NCBI RefSeq assembly: GCF_052425735.1
Contig: NC_135764.1
Coordinates: forward strand, 32,674,001 to 32,738,000
DNA length: 64,000 nucleotides
From: Oculina patagonica
Lineage: Eukaryota
Direction: 5' to 3'
The translations under genes and the position numbers were made by a program. Positions within the stretch are counted from its first letter, which is position 1. Each line of letters opens with the position of its first letter. Under the pieces are notes generated by a model that did not search any database, was not told the origin of the DNA, and was given only the letters and a program-made list of their open reading frames with translations. Positions 26,301 through 38,811 of the stretch are shown here, piece after piece.

Positions 26301-28160
26301 AATGAAACCGAAGACCCTATAAAGTGTTCATTCCGTTGATGTTTTATGACCCGATAGACCGACCCACCATTTTATTGGGATGGCGCTAATACTGAACTTG
26401 GCATCTTAATCTCTCTTACCTAACAGACGCCTTTGGTATTGAACCATACAATAGTGAACTAAGACCTCTGTAGAGTCCGAGGAATCCATGGTTTCTCACT
26501 GTCTTTACAGCACAGTCGACAGGACCTTTGTACATTGGTTTAGCAGCTCGTTCATCAAGTTGTACCTGGGTTTTGACATACTCAGTAGGAAATGTACAGC
26601 AGATTTCAAGTCCACCGGCGATACCGCCTGTTGACAAAAAGATAAGAAGATTTATTTACTTCTTGGAAAAGATTTTCTTGCAACTAATTAACAGATTGCC
26701 AGGGACACAGTCTAAAACTTCACATTTTCATTTCTCAACCTTAACCAGCCTTAGTTTTATAAAATTTTCTTGATGACAGAAAAAACCCTGGAGTAATCCA
26801 CATCATCTTACTTCATAGGTATTCATATAAAGGTGAACATTTATTTTATTATTCTCAGGCCCTGTAAATTTTCCCAATCTAAATTGAATTTTGCTACCAA
26901 AGTGAAGTTTTGTTAATAAAATGGGCATATGCCAACAGAAGCTACAGCTTAAAAGTGCTGAAAAATAGAGGGGGGGGGGGGGAAGAGAATATTTACTAAA
27001 GGTTGAAGCAGGCATGACAGAAGTCATGATTGCCATAAAATTCCAATTGATATTTTTCTTTAATTTTCTGGAAGTATACTTGTTCCTTTTTTTTTTAAAT
27101 TTTGAAAATTCATCTACCTTAGCAATAAAACAATCATTTTAGGGTTTTGACGAATATTTTGTGCCTTGCCAAAAGAAAAAGAGAGAAAAAAACGTTTTCG
27201 CAAATGGCAGTCACGGAATTACGCAATTTCCCGTTTGACACACCCCCCAAGACACCCCCACGTATTGCAATATTGATGTTTGTACTGGGAATTCACAAAG
27301 ATTTCATAATATTTCGTAAACACGACCCATTTTTTTTCTTCAGAGAAATTAGACTTGCAATACTCTTGTATTCAACAATAGCAAGTTAGTCGGTGGTCGA
27401 TTGAAAATCACAATAGTTGTTGGAGCAACGCTCAAATGTGTTGAATTGTGAACATTAACACGACTACAAAAATTTTTGATCGCCCATTAAGCAGCATTAA
27501 GAAATACGTGCCACGTGTAATGATTAGGCATCTTTCGTTTCTTTTAACACGAAACAACATTTTCGATATTTCTACGCCAAAATTTTCATATAGTCTTCCA
27601 TAATAAGGCAAGCTACCGTTTTATAAATCGACGACGCACGAACGAACGACCTTTGTACTTTGGTGAGTTCATAGGCAAACACAAAAGTACGAGGGAATTC
27701 GCAGTTGCTAATTGGGTTCTTACAGTATCTTTTAAACACTACAACATTTAAAGTATCAAAATTTAATGCTGTTCGGTTAAATCTTGTCCTAATCAATGAA
27801 CTACGCTACTTAACCTTGTTATAACCCTGCAAGCTAAAGTCGATCGCAGTACTATCACTGGGATGGTTTGGTACCCGTATTAACGCTGATTTACAAATAT
27901 TTGGGCAGATACTGGTTGAAATAAACAAATATCAGCCTTTAAAACTGCATTATGAAACAATATTTTACATTAAACGGATTTAGGAAATAACTTATCATAA
28001 ACAATGGTTCCTTACCCGCAAGAATAGCTTTCCCTGGATGTCGCTTTCCTTTCCCTCCTCCGCCAGCCGGAGAGGCACTCAGATATTTTCTCCGATAATA
28101 CGTGGCAGGGTCTGGCGTCGCAGCTAAAGCTCCCCTATAACAACTCTCCAAAGAAGACAT
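23321..28160 (-). CDS. SLC25A1: Mitochondrial citrate/tricarboxylate carrier; exons 28160-28016, 26627-26420, 25643-25420, 24753-24533, 23803-23730, 23435-23321
   Basis: [55 protein letters not shown] and [13 protein letters not shown]; three PxD/ExxK carrier motifs. Confidence 0.96.
23978..24105. other. Assembly gap (128 N) in an SLC25A1 intron
   Basis: Run of N. Confidence 1.
24265..24489 (-). mobile_element. tRNA-derived SINE (diverged copy)
   Basis: Matches the 47914-48205 copy (GGAGAGAGGCACTGTGAG..CTTGCC.AAGAACACAA..GGCCAGGGCT..CTAACCACTAGGCCACC). Confidence 0.75.
25979..26386. mobile_element. Harbinger-type MITE in an SLC25A1 intron
   Basis: GCCATCCCAATAAAATG / CATTTTATTGGGATGGC inverted ends. 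Confidence 0.65.
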
Positions 28161-31100
28161 TTTAAAATATGCTATATTATAGCGATCGATTAATTCCAAA
28201 CTTTCCAAAACACAACTTTATCCACGTGAAATAACTCGAGACCTGAACCCTCCGCTGGTCAAAAGTGGCCTGAGTGTTTATCTCGTCACATGATTGGTCA
28301 ATTCATCCTTTTGTTTTGCTATTTGCATTTTGCAATTTCTTTGCAATATCACAAAAGTTGCTCAAAAGTGAACATTTGATTGGCTCGTTTTACCAAGCTC
28401 ATAACCAAACAACAAATATTATTTCAGCAAAAACAGCAAAAAATATTTATTTATTTCCACTAGTCAATTTCCGAGCGAAAAACTATCAGCGCCCAAACTC
28501 TGGTTTTCGCTTCTATCAGGATCAGATGTTGGATTTTTGTGGGCGCTGCTGGCCTCAAGCTAAATAAGACAGGTATTATCTCCCATGGGGCATAGACTCC
28601 AGGGTAAGGTTACGAAATTAAGAAAATCAGTAGTGTAGCAGCTCTCGAAAGTTTGTGATTCTACTGGCCCTCTACTCTAGTGTACCCGGCCAGTTGCCAT
28701 TGTTTAGGGGGCTAGGAGCATTACTCCTGTTGTTTAATAGCGAGCCATTCATGTGAGACCCACCCTGATGATGTGAGAGTCAGACCTTGCGAGAACTGCT
28801 ACTCGACCCAACAAAATCGTACTTGTGTACCAGGCTCTTATGTTGCGCGCTTATCTCCATTCACCCCACCCTGCTTCAGATTATGAAAGTTCTAAAATTT
28901 ACAGAGAACATAGAACTTCAGTTTTAAAAAATTCAAAATTTGTTGCGTGTCAGTTCAAAAGCCGTGTCTAATTGTCCGTTTCGCCGGCTAAGCTTTTGCT
29001 GGGTCAATACTCAATACTGGAAAATAAGTAACACCGGGGGGTGTGGGCTACACTTGTGGTAAAAGATAAAGCAAATGCGTTTCATCAACTAAACATGAGG
29101 CATGGACAGAATGGGAGAGCCCCGCCCTTCCCATGTTCTTCGCCAACGATTTATTTTTACCCTTTTCACTACAAAATGAACCGGGGGGGGGTCTTTGCGT
29201 GATTCGTGTTTTTACTGATTGCGAGCAGTAGTCGGAACTTGGAAAGACAAAATTTTGCGTCAGCCGGTATAGGTCAATCATCCTGACTACAGTTCAAAAG
29301 CGAAGAGCGAATTGAAATGAAAACAAATCGAATTAATTTTGTTGTATTTTGTTTCAGTTTGGAGAGTGTCTGATTTACTACAAGAAGTTGACGCTGACGA
29401 GTTTTGACGTTATGACTAAATCGAACTAAAAAGCGCAAAAATTTTGTTGTCCTCGTAGTGCTCGTCATACTTCCATCACTAGGTCTAGATGCACCTTTTC
29501 GGCTTTTTAACTTATCTGTTATGTTCTCTCTCATTTGTTTATATGATGCCCAACTGGAAGCTGGAAAAGTCTGCACACGGACAGAGTTGACTTATTATGA
29601 GTAGCCTGTGAGCGTAATCAGTAGTGGGCTTTAGTGGCGATTAGGTAGAGGGTATATGGCGATATTTGACGTCATCTGTTTACATTTTGCCTCATTAGCA
29701 TACAACTTCGCGTAGAGATGGCATCGTGGTACTGTATAATTATACAAAGTGACTCCAGAAATTATCGGCGAAATTTTCAGTTCTTTAATTATGTGCAATA
29801 TTCAAGGAGATATTAGCGTTCAAAAACAGCAAAATTTCTGGGTGGCAAAAGCGCTAATGAGCCTAGGGCTGTCCCAAAGATACTCGGCAACATTTGGGCA
29901 ACTTTTTTCTTTTCGCGCAACTTTCGAGCAACTTTTTGCAATTCAAGACCGAAGATTTTCGAAGATTTTCCGAGCAATTTTCGAACTTCTCCGAAGATTA
30001 ACGAATTTTGCCGAAGATTTCCGAGCAAGTTCAGAAGATGCTTTAACTTTCGGATCATTTAGCATTAATCACCAAACATGACGTCATCGGCATCTTCACG
30101 ATTGTTGTAATTCAACAAATTCTTGCCTCAAAATGTGACATTGCAATAATAATAATAACTAGTAATAGTTTTCACTAAGCTGTTCCCGCCTATATATCAA
30201 TTTTTTATCTAAGTGTAGTATATTTGATGCCATTAATTATTGGAGTCGATGGACAATTCTATTCGGCTTTAATTAATTTACTCTCTTGTTGTGCCTTGTA
30301 CCTCACTACATTGTTGCGTGACACCTTTCTATGTGTGAAAAAAATTCCTAAGTACAAGTTGAAATGAAAGTACGTACAATCCTGCGGAACTACGCGTTTA
30401 TGCGAGCAGAATCCTACGCTAAAGCTTGTTACTTTAAGGAGCTAGCCTTTCTAAATGTTTTAAGACGGAAAAAACTATGTTTTGATAATCCACGCGACAC
30501 GCATGCACGCACTGAAATATTTTCACGCTTAGTTTGGCAACAAGGGGTCATACAAAGATCCGTATTTTCGATTCATATAGTTCTGTATGTCACGCTTTTT
30601 ACGGCCGAGGGTTGATAGGGTCGAACTGTTGCGATGCTTGGGCTGGCTTATCGGAGCACACTCACCGAGTGAAACACACTAAACTGCTGTACAATTTACT
30701 TAACATCTTTTTTTTTCTTAAATCAACGTTCTTATATACATTTTGGTAGCTAACGAATACGTGATAGAAACTACAGAGGATACATGGAGTTTCCTTTGGG
30801 ATAAACAACTTAATTACGACATAACCACAATTTCGGCTCATCCTCGGTGTAAGAACCTGTGAAACTCACCGGCACACCGGTGACGTAAAACAAAGCACGA
30901 CCGAGACAACAAAGAACCTCGAAACAATACAGAGCAGAAATACTAAAGCTCAAAAACAAAGAAAAATATCACAGGTTCTTACACCGAGGTAAACCCACAA
31001 TTTCAAAGGTACGAGCGATTAGTAACGTACATCCTGCGGAACTATATCTGACTGAAATATTTTCACACTTAGTGTAACAACAAATAGTCATACAAAGGAC

Positions 31101-31357
31101 ACAAGGACAGAGAAATATCTAGTCGATCGGATGCCAAATCGCTAATACCTCAGATTACACCTACCTGGGAATTGAATTCAACAAACTCTCTATATTTAGT
31201 TCTTTAGATGCAAATAACAAAATTATATTTCTTTTTAATAATGATAGATGCCTTTCTCTGTAAAAATTAGGATACTACATTCATGAAGCTTTTACAATAA
31301 GAAATGAGTCGACAGTCGCAACAATTGTCAATTAGTTGATTTTATTACTTACCTTTA

Positions 31358-31594
31358 AGCCCGGGCCAAACGAAGATGAGAGTTGAAGAGAGTTCAAACT
31401 CTCACTCTCGTTTGGCATGGAACTCTCATGCACTCTCATCGACTCTCGTGCGCTCTCATCGACTTTGAACGTGTTCAAATTTTTCATGAGAGTCGATGAG
31501 AGTTTTCTCTCGTTTGGCCCGAGTTGATGATATTTGACAAAAACTCTCATGAGACTCAACTCTCATTAACTCTCATCCTCGTTTGGCCCGGGCT
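31358..31594. mobile_element. Harbinger-type MITE
   Basis: TTA|AGCCCGGGCCAAACGA...TCGTTTGGCCCGGGCT|TTA. Confidence 0.85.
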
Positions 31595-31627
31595 TTACAT
31601 ATCTTTAGATGTATTTCGTATTGTTAT

Positions 31628-31802
31628 AAATAAAACTGCTGGAGCGATCTGTGGTCATAGCTTAAAATATAAAAATGTTTAAAACAGATCTAAAAATATA
31701 AAAGGATACTCTTAATTTTCGATCGCCTTCTGCGGTCTTCATTCTCTGAAGAAGACTGCAGAAGGCGATCGAAAATTTAGAGTATCCTTTTATATTTTTA
31801 GA
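31628..31802. mobile_element. Penelope-like pseudo-LTR fragment with inverted duplication and 12-bp TSD
   Basis: TCGTATTGTTAT at 31616-31627 and 31803-31814; ~55-bp inverted arms spanning 31687-31804. Confidence 0.7.
31741..31783 (+). ncRNA. Minimal type I hammerhead ribozyme motif (Penelope type)
   Basis: ATTCT-CTGAAGA-A-GACTGC agaag GCGATC-GAAA-ATT-T-AGAGT: stem I, CUGANGA core, stem II, GAAA and a palindromic AAUU stem III. Confidence 0.6.
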
Positions 31803-32168
31803 TCGTATTGTTATCATTTGTTTTTTTTTTTAAATCTGTCCTATACTTTTGCAATACCATTTGTAACTGGGAATGCAAATAAAGTGTTGTTGTTGTTGTT
31901 GTTCTCCCTTCTCTCTCTCTCTTCTACCGGTCGCTACTATTCGTCTCAGACGTCCGTGGACAAGGGCTTTTTTTTCGACCCGCTTCACGGACCGTTGGTT
32001 TTAGTTTGCGGTTCAAAAATTCTGGTCACGTGATAATTAATGTTTTTGTGGCTCTGCGGTTTGCAAAACACTGATCACGTGATACCATTTTGGTTGTTCC
32101 CGTTTCCCGTTCGCTTGTTTCCCGACCGCTGGTCAAGGGCAACGTGGACTCTTGGAACGAGATTGTTA

Positions 32169-32466
32169 TGTTCACAGTCCCCTATTTTTCCGTGAAGTCG
32201 TAGAGATCGATCGTTCAGACCGACGGGCCGCCATTTTGGTTTACGAACGCGAGCGAAAACTGGGGAGAGTGCAAAAACCCCGTGGGTGGGGGGAAATATT
32301 TTTTCGCTCTCCCACCCCCACGCTATGAGCATCCCGCCCACCACCCACGGGGTTTTTGCACTCTCCCCAGTTTTCGCTCGCGTTCGTAAACCAAGATGGC
32401 GGCCCGTCGGACTGAACGGTCGATCTCTACGACTTCACGGAAAAATAGGGGACTGTGAACAGTCTA
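32169..32466. mobile_element. Long palindromic MITE ending in CAGTCTA, nested among ends of related elements
   Basis: About 120-bp near-perfect inverted arms (TGTTCACAGTCCCCTATTTTTCCGTGAAG...CTTCACGGAAAAATAGGGGACTGTGAACA). Confidence 0.75.
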
Positions 32467-32704
32467 CCGCGTGCGAGAAAAAATCCTCTGGTTCCCAGGG
32501 TATGCGAACATGTTAGAAGACAATGAAAACGTACCAATTCGTGTTCGTCGTGTCGTCATCTTTTGTTCTTGTGTTGAGTCATTTCCGGGCAACTGAAATA
32601 GCTGTATACGCCTACGTCAGATCAGATCGTGCATCTCTTTTGTCGGCGCTAGTTTGCGGAAGTTCGTACGTACAAGATACAGCGAAGTTTACATCACACG
32701 CAAA

Positions 32705-35700
32705 ATGAAAGGTTCTCTGCTGAGTATTTTCGTTTTCTTTACAGTTCTAGCAATTGGTAAGTTCATGTCTTTGTTTATTACAACTCCAAACCTCAAAACA
32801 AGAGCGCAGTTAAGCTGAGTTAATGCACCTATCAATGTTAAGCCCGAGGCGGGGGGGGGGGGGGGGGGGTCGGGCTAACCACGGGGATTTGATCGTGAGG
32901 TAGGTCCCCAGGGTAGGGATTTTGATCATATATGAAGGTTTGAAGGACATCAGACCACCTTTCATGGGGATTTTGACCAATTATTTTGTCCCGGGGGTGG
33001 GGAAGTTGACATTTTTTAATAGAAAATGTCAAAATCCCCACCCCTTGCCCAAGCCCCCCCCCCTCTCGGGCTTAACATTGATAGGTGCATAAGTTCAGTG
33101 GAATTTGTTCACATTCTCGACCCCATAGCTATTGTCTTTTGCACGTGACTGATGGCGACAAAAGCTCTGGGAAACTCCATGCAAACGTAGCCAAAATCTG
33201 GCTACGATGACTCTATTGCGCATGCTCCACATTCCAGAGACAAAAAATGGCTCTTGCAACGATTACTAGCAGAAGCATTTTGTTGAAAATTTCAGCAAAA
33301 ATCAATGTTACAGTCTTAGCTCGTGTAAAGCCCCAGTAAAGTCAAAATCAGCAAGGTAGTTCTTCTAAATGTATATTTAATTTTAAAGTGCCTATGAAGT
33401 AAAAAATAATTTTGCTCAATTTGTTTGTTTATGTCTTAGTAAGCACGAATATGCGTGTTTAAGAGATCAAAAGCGCTTTTTTCTAGTATTTTTTGAGCCT
33501 CGAAGTTTGGATTTCGCAATTTGAAGTGGGTCCTTTTCGAGCGCGGCCAAACGCTCGGGCTTCACCGGAAATGACGTACTTAGTGGTTCTAAAGACACCA
33601 GGATTATGGCGTGAAGAGAGCAAAGAGGGCTGGCGAAAGCTATATTTCGATCGGCTTTTGAGTCAAACAAAGGCAATTGCGCAAACGAAATACACAAATT
33701 CATTTAGTCATTCGACCGTTACATTCATTCACCAGAGACTAGACATGTCTGCGGTTTTATGCAAATTCAGATCGTGTCACGTAATTGTAATTAGTGCTGT
33801 TTTCGGACGATTCTCTGTTGTTAAACATCGTTATACATTAAACATGTTAAGCAAATGAAAGATCATCGCAGTAATGTACTCAACTTTAGCAGTTGAGAAA
33901 AGCAAGCCGGAAGAAAATTCAGGCTTGAACGGGAATCGAACCCATGACCTCTGCGATACTAGTGCAGCCCTCTAACCAACTGAGCTATCAAGCCAACTGA
34001 GAGCTGGTCACTTGTGAGTTCGTAATATACCCGTGGATGGAGAAGATCTGAAACAAATATATGAAACTCATATATTTGTACTGCGGATATACATTTTAAG
34101 CAAATGAAAGATCATCCCAGTAATGTACTAATTTTTTTCAGGCTTGCTTTTCTGAACTGCCAAAGTTGAGTACATTACTGCGATGATCTTTCATTTGCTT
34201 AAAATGTATATCCGCAGTACAAATATATGAGTTTTATATATTCATTTCACATTAAACATGCTTATTTAAGTGAAAAAGAATTGCTCCAAGACTGTTGATG
34301 TTATCTCCAAACAGAAATACATCCAAAAACAGCACATAATTTATTACGATTGCGTGCACAATCTTTGATTTGCATAAAGTACAGACATTCAATTCCCCAG
34401 GGGCCAGGACAACCATCCGAGGCACGTTCAAATTTTGGGACGTTACAGATCGACCAATCAGAGGTGTTTTCATTGTTTCAACGAACTTCAAATGAGAATT
34501 GGCTCTGTTCCAGGGTTGCCCAGAGCTCTTCTCGCCGTCAGTCATGCGCAAAAGAGAAGAGGTCTGGGGTCAAGAATGAATGTGTTCAGTGTTTAGACCT
34601 CTTGGTTGCCATGACAGGATCGAATTGTGGTCGGTTTGCCTACAGGGGTGGATCCAGGATTTTAGATTAATGATTTGTACCAACTTAACTAAGGGGGGAG
34701 AAGGGGTTGGGTCATGTTTCCTCAAGAAAATTTGAAATTTAGTGTCCTCAGAATTCAATTTTGCTGTATATTTCTGAGAGTACTTTTAAAAGCCATACAG
34801 ACACATTAACAGCACCTCCACAAAAAGCATGATTCTGTAGAAAAAATCATTCCTGTTTCTTAACCCTTCACAGCCCAAATTATTTTGGAAGTCAATTTAG
34901 TACTAAATCTGAAGTCCCCAAAAATTTTAAAATATGTCACGCATGTCACAGAACGGAGCTGGTAAAATAATTATAGTTGCTCTGGGCCAAAGAGAAAATT
35001 CGCCATTGCAATCACACAGAATCACTGCTAAATTATGCTACTAACATTTCCCGCTCGCGTGTTTGGTAAAATGTGAAATGGCGGACGTCGAAAGTGTGAG
35101 ACTGTGGATATAATACTTGTACGATAATAATTGTTTGTCTGAGAAGTTTTTTGCAACCATGCATTTAAAACCCGTTAATTCATTGGATTGACAAACGACC
35201 ATTCTGGTGTTCATAGGCTTCAGTCACCTAAGAAAAGAACTAGCCTAAATAAAAATTTCATCCAAAAAACTTTTTTTGATTTCTTATTTGTGACAGTTTC
35301 CTAAATAGTTGAGTGTGTTTGAATTTTTTTCTGAAGGACGCCTCCCCCGAAGCATGGATTAACATTAATTTACCTTCCATATCAACTTCAATTAAAATGG
35401 TAATGTTTTAAGTTCTCTGCTTGTCCACAAACAAGAATAAACTACCTTGGTCTTTTTTCTCTTGCTTTATTTTTTGTCTGTACAATAACACGAAGGTGTT
35501 AACAAATTTGCGAAAAGACAATCATGATAGTTTTTAAGTTTTGTTTTGCATCATTAGGGTTCATAACCAGAAACTCGCAATTGTTAAACATTCCTCTTTT
35601 TAGAACTGCAGCTGGACAAAGAACCTTTTATTATAGAATGGTATCGATCTGGAATGCCCTGCCGCAAAATTTTAAGTTAAGCCAATCGTTAGCGCAATTC

Positions 35701-36746
35701 AGGAACAATTTGAGGAAGACACTTTTAATGAACTGTTAACTTTAGGAATTAACTTTTGTAATTAATTTTGAATATTTATTATTTACCTATATATTTATTC
35801 ATTCACTCACTTATTTTTAATTATATATTTTTATTGAAATATTTCACTGAAAAGCCCTGTGGGAATGTGAAATAAAATGTATGTATGTATGTATTTAACA
35901 CACTACTTTCATTATAATGTAAATATATTCTTTAATCTTACAATACATTTCTTAAGACCGTTTTGGTTCACGTCACAGCAATTATCTAGCCTTTTATCTA
36001 AACAACGCGTGATATTGTGCACAATCTCGGACAGTGCTCATGAATTTTTCCTTTTCGGACATTCTTTGCCACAATGCTGTAGACCTGCTCCTGCAGTGCA
36101 TTTATATGCACAATTAACCAGTCTCATATTTAGCTATTACTTTCTGTTAAAATAGTACAAAATAATTCCATAATTTTTCTCTCTGGCAAATTTGAATTGG
36201 GTTAAATTACTAGCTTTATATCAGTTGCCACTATGTGGTGAACCAAAACTTTTTCACCCCCCCCCCTAACAAAGCAAAAAAACTTATTGCCCCCCCCCCC
36301 CCTACAGTAACTCCCTAGTACATCAACAGCAGGAGCAATGTCGATACATGATTCATTTAACAAAAGTATGGGGTTTTCTTGAAAGTGCCTCATTTTTTAT
36401 TGCATCTTTTATTTCAGCTTATGGTCTCAAGTGCTACGACTGCACCGGCGAAGGAGACAAGTGCGCTAAAGATAACCTGGGCAGCAGTCAGGAGAAAACC
36501 TGTCAACCGCAGTTGGATACGTGCATGCGGATCTGGCGCAAAAAACACTTTAAAACATCAATTGCTTCCTCCTGCAGCAATTTAGGAAGATGTGATGCTG
36601 CGGTGAGAGACTGTGAGGACTCTGACGAGGGAGAATGTATAGTGGGTTGCTGTAGGGATGACCTGTGTAACGCGGGCTCCCCTGTTTCCTTCAGCGTGTT
36701 CCTGATGACCGTTTCCGCTGCCCTGGGCCTGGCACTACTGAAGTAA
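32705..36746 (+). CDS. Ly6/uPAR (three-finger) GPI-anchored protein; exons 32705-32756 and 36418-36746
   Basis: Signal-peptide exon MKGSLLSIFVFFTVLAI joins in phase 1 to AYGLKCYDC...CCRDDLCN, followed by a hydrophobic GPI-signal-like tail. Confidence 0.85.
32824..33089. mobile_element. MITE with TAA TSD in the Ly6 intron
   Basis: TAA|TGCACCTATCAATGTTAAGCCCGAG...CTCGGGCTTAACATTGATAGGTGCA|TAA. Confidence 0.8.
33847..34248 (-). mobile_element. tRNA-core repeat unit with direct repeat, inverted terminal segment and 12-bp TSD
   Basis: TSD ACATTAAACATG at 33835-33846 and 34249-34260; TTAAGCAAATGAAAGATCATC repeated at 33847 and 34096; 34131-34248 is an inverted copy of part of the unit. Confidence 0.8.
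33922..33994 (-). tRNA. tRNA-Thr(AGT)-like cloverleaf inside a repeat (probably not a true tRNA gene)
   Basis: GGCTTGA/TCAAGCC acceptor stem, A box TAGCTCAGTTGG, B box GGTTCGATTCC, anticodon loop CTAGTAT. Confidence 0.55.
35560..35895 (+). mobile_element. LINE (CR1/L2-like) 3' end
   Basis: ORF C-terminus TRNSQLLNIPLFRTAAGQRTFYYRMVSIWNALP; AATAAA + (TATG)n tail. Confidence 0.75.
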
Positions 36747-36900
36747 ACCAAGGCGTGAGGACCCCGGGACGAGTTTGTTGTTTTTAGATGAACTGTTTGG
36801 CTTGCATAAACGTTTTAAGAGGAACTTGTTAAAAAGAAATTTGTATCGACTTTTTTGCGTTTTTATACTGTCAGCTGCTTGAAGCCACTGGTTACCTATG

Positions 36901-38259
36901 TTCTTTTATACCATGCCATAGAAAATACAGCCAATCAGAATAGAGGAAAGCCGTTGTATATTCGACGGTATTCAACCCAACCTTCCCATAGTGCGCTGCG
37001 ACTGTATTCTCGACGAAATTTAGTGAGCGTATTTTCTATGACATGGTATAAAATAGTTACACAACACTTTCTCGTGGTATACTATGGAATATCCCACTTG
37101 TCACTTGTATTTTCTTGGCATACACACTCGCCTAGAGGCTCATGTGTATACCGAGAAAATACAAGTGACTCGTGGGATATTCCATAGTATACCACTCGAA
37201 AGCGTTGCATAACTAGTATATTTTACAGCAATTATCTAAGTGTAGTTTATTTGATGCCATTAATTTGTTATATTAATAATGTTATTTAATAGATACTTCT
37301 TTTGCTGTAAAAATGCATAACCCTGCTTAGAAATCTTACCCTCCAAGGGAAATAAGCTTATATTTAGAAAAATTCTCTTTATTGGAAGCAACGTTTCGGA
37401 TTTTTTGGAGCAACTTTCGAACAACTTTTATTATCAGAAGCAACTTTTTTGGAACAACTTTTTGGGAAATCTCGAGCAACTTGTGGAAAGCCCTAGCTGG
37501 GGAGCTAAATGAACTGGTAGGTTTTCTAGTTAGCTTCCTGTACAATTAATGTTATCAATAGAATGGATAGCAGGTGATTAAAAATAAACAATAGGAAAAA
37601 GGACTTACGAATTGCATGAAAATGCTTAGAAATCTTACCTTCAAAGGGAAATTAGCATATATCTGAAGATTTTTCTTCTTCAAAAGCAACGTTTTGGATC
37701 TTTTAGAGAAACTTTCGAGCAACTTTTTAAGAAATTTCGAGCTTCTTTGGGACAGCCCTAAATAAGCCCATACATTCTTTGTAAAATATCAAGTTTTCAA
37801 ACGTGCGTCACAGAAAAGTATTTACCGGTAATATGTATACATCGGGCTCAAATTTATAGCGAAAGTTAATCGTACCATGTACTTTCAATATTCAGAATTG
37901 AGATTTTCGTAGCTCGACCAGAAAGTGAAGCACTTATGGATGAGTACCATATTACATCGAGGCTGATGTAAATACTAGTTGCAACTGAGTGTATACTATG
38001 GAATATCCACAGTCACTTGATTTTCTCGGATACACACGAGCCTTAGGCGAGGTGAACGAAGAAAATACAAGTGACAAGTGGGAATTCAAGAACCACAAGA
38101 AGTGTTGTGTACTATTTATACCATGCCAAGAAAATATGCTCACAAATTTCATCGAGAATAAGATCGCAGCGCACGATGGGAAGGTGGTTGAATACCGCGA
38201 AATACAACGGCTTTCCGTATTCTGATTGGCTGTATTTTCTATGGCATGGTATAAAAAGA
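36901..38259. repeat. Two copies of a ~300-bp interspersed repeat in inverted orientation (36901-37220 and 37972-38259)
   Basis: TATACCATGCCATAGAAAATACAGCCAATCAGAAT... and its reverse complement. Confidence 0.75.
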
Positions 38260-38299
38260 TGTACAATAGCTCACCAAAGGATTATGGGTGCTTGCACGT

Positions 38300-38811
38300 T
38301 ATACATAAACGATTTATTAAGACTTAACAACAGCCAGCACAATAGGAATACACGGGGCGCTAATTTTACCATTTTACCAACGAAATTTAATAGAGTGAAA
38401 GAGGGAGGTCGCACGTTTTCCGCAACGACTACTAAATGCTGGAATCATCTCCCCTTTAAGTTGCGTGCCTCTTCATCTGTAAATATCCTTAGGAATGCTT
38501 TGTATAAATATTTTAAATTAAGTCAGCTCAAGAATAATATTTTTACTCCTTTTTTAGATAATAATTTTTAGATTGTGATATTTTGTAATAAAATTTGGAT
38601 TAACATTGTAGCTTAGCTTTTAAATTTTTAACTTACATTTCGATTTTAAATTAGGTTTTAACTAGATTTTAAATTAGATTGTTGTTTATAGTAGATTCTT
38701 AATTTTTTAGTACATTAGAGAGGGCCACAAATTTATTAGTTGTAAAACTATCACGTGTAACCCTCTATAAATAAAGTTTGATTGATTGAATTGATTGATT
38801 GATTGATTGAT
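38300..38811 (+). mobile_element. LINE (CR1/L2-like) 3' end
   Basis: HNRNTRG...EGGRTFS...CWNHLPFKLR ORF end; AATAAA + (GATT)n tail. Confidence 0.75.

Larger units (their letters stand above)
31100..31903 (+). mobile_element. Degraded LINE 3' end, interrupted by two younger insertions
   Basis: ORF-end-like KLGYYIHEAFTIRNE near 31263-31310; AATAAA + (GTT)n tail at 31878-31903. Confidence 0.5.

Noticed and set aside
28765-28805. CTGATGA...GAGAAC possible second hammerhead
   Set aside because: GAAA core is broken and there is no stem I partner.
32075-32516. Two ORFs with nearly identical peptides on opposite strands
   Set aside because: A by-product of the palindromic MITE.
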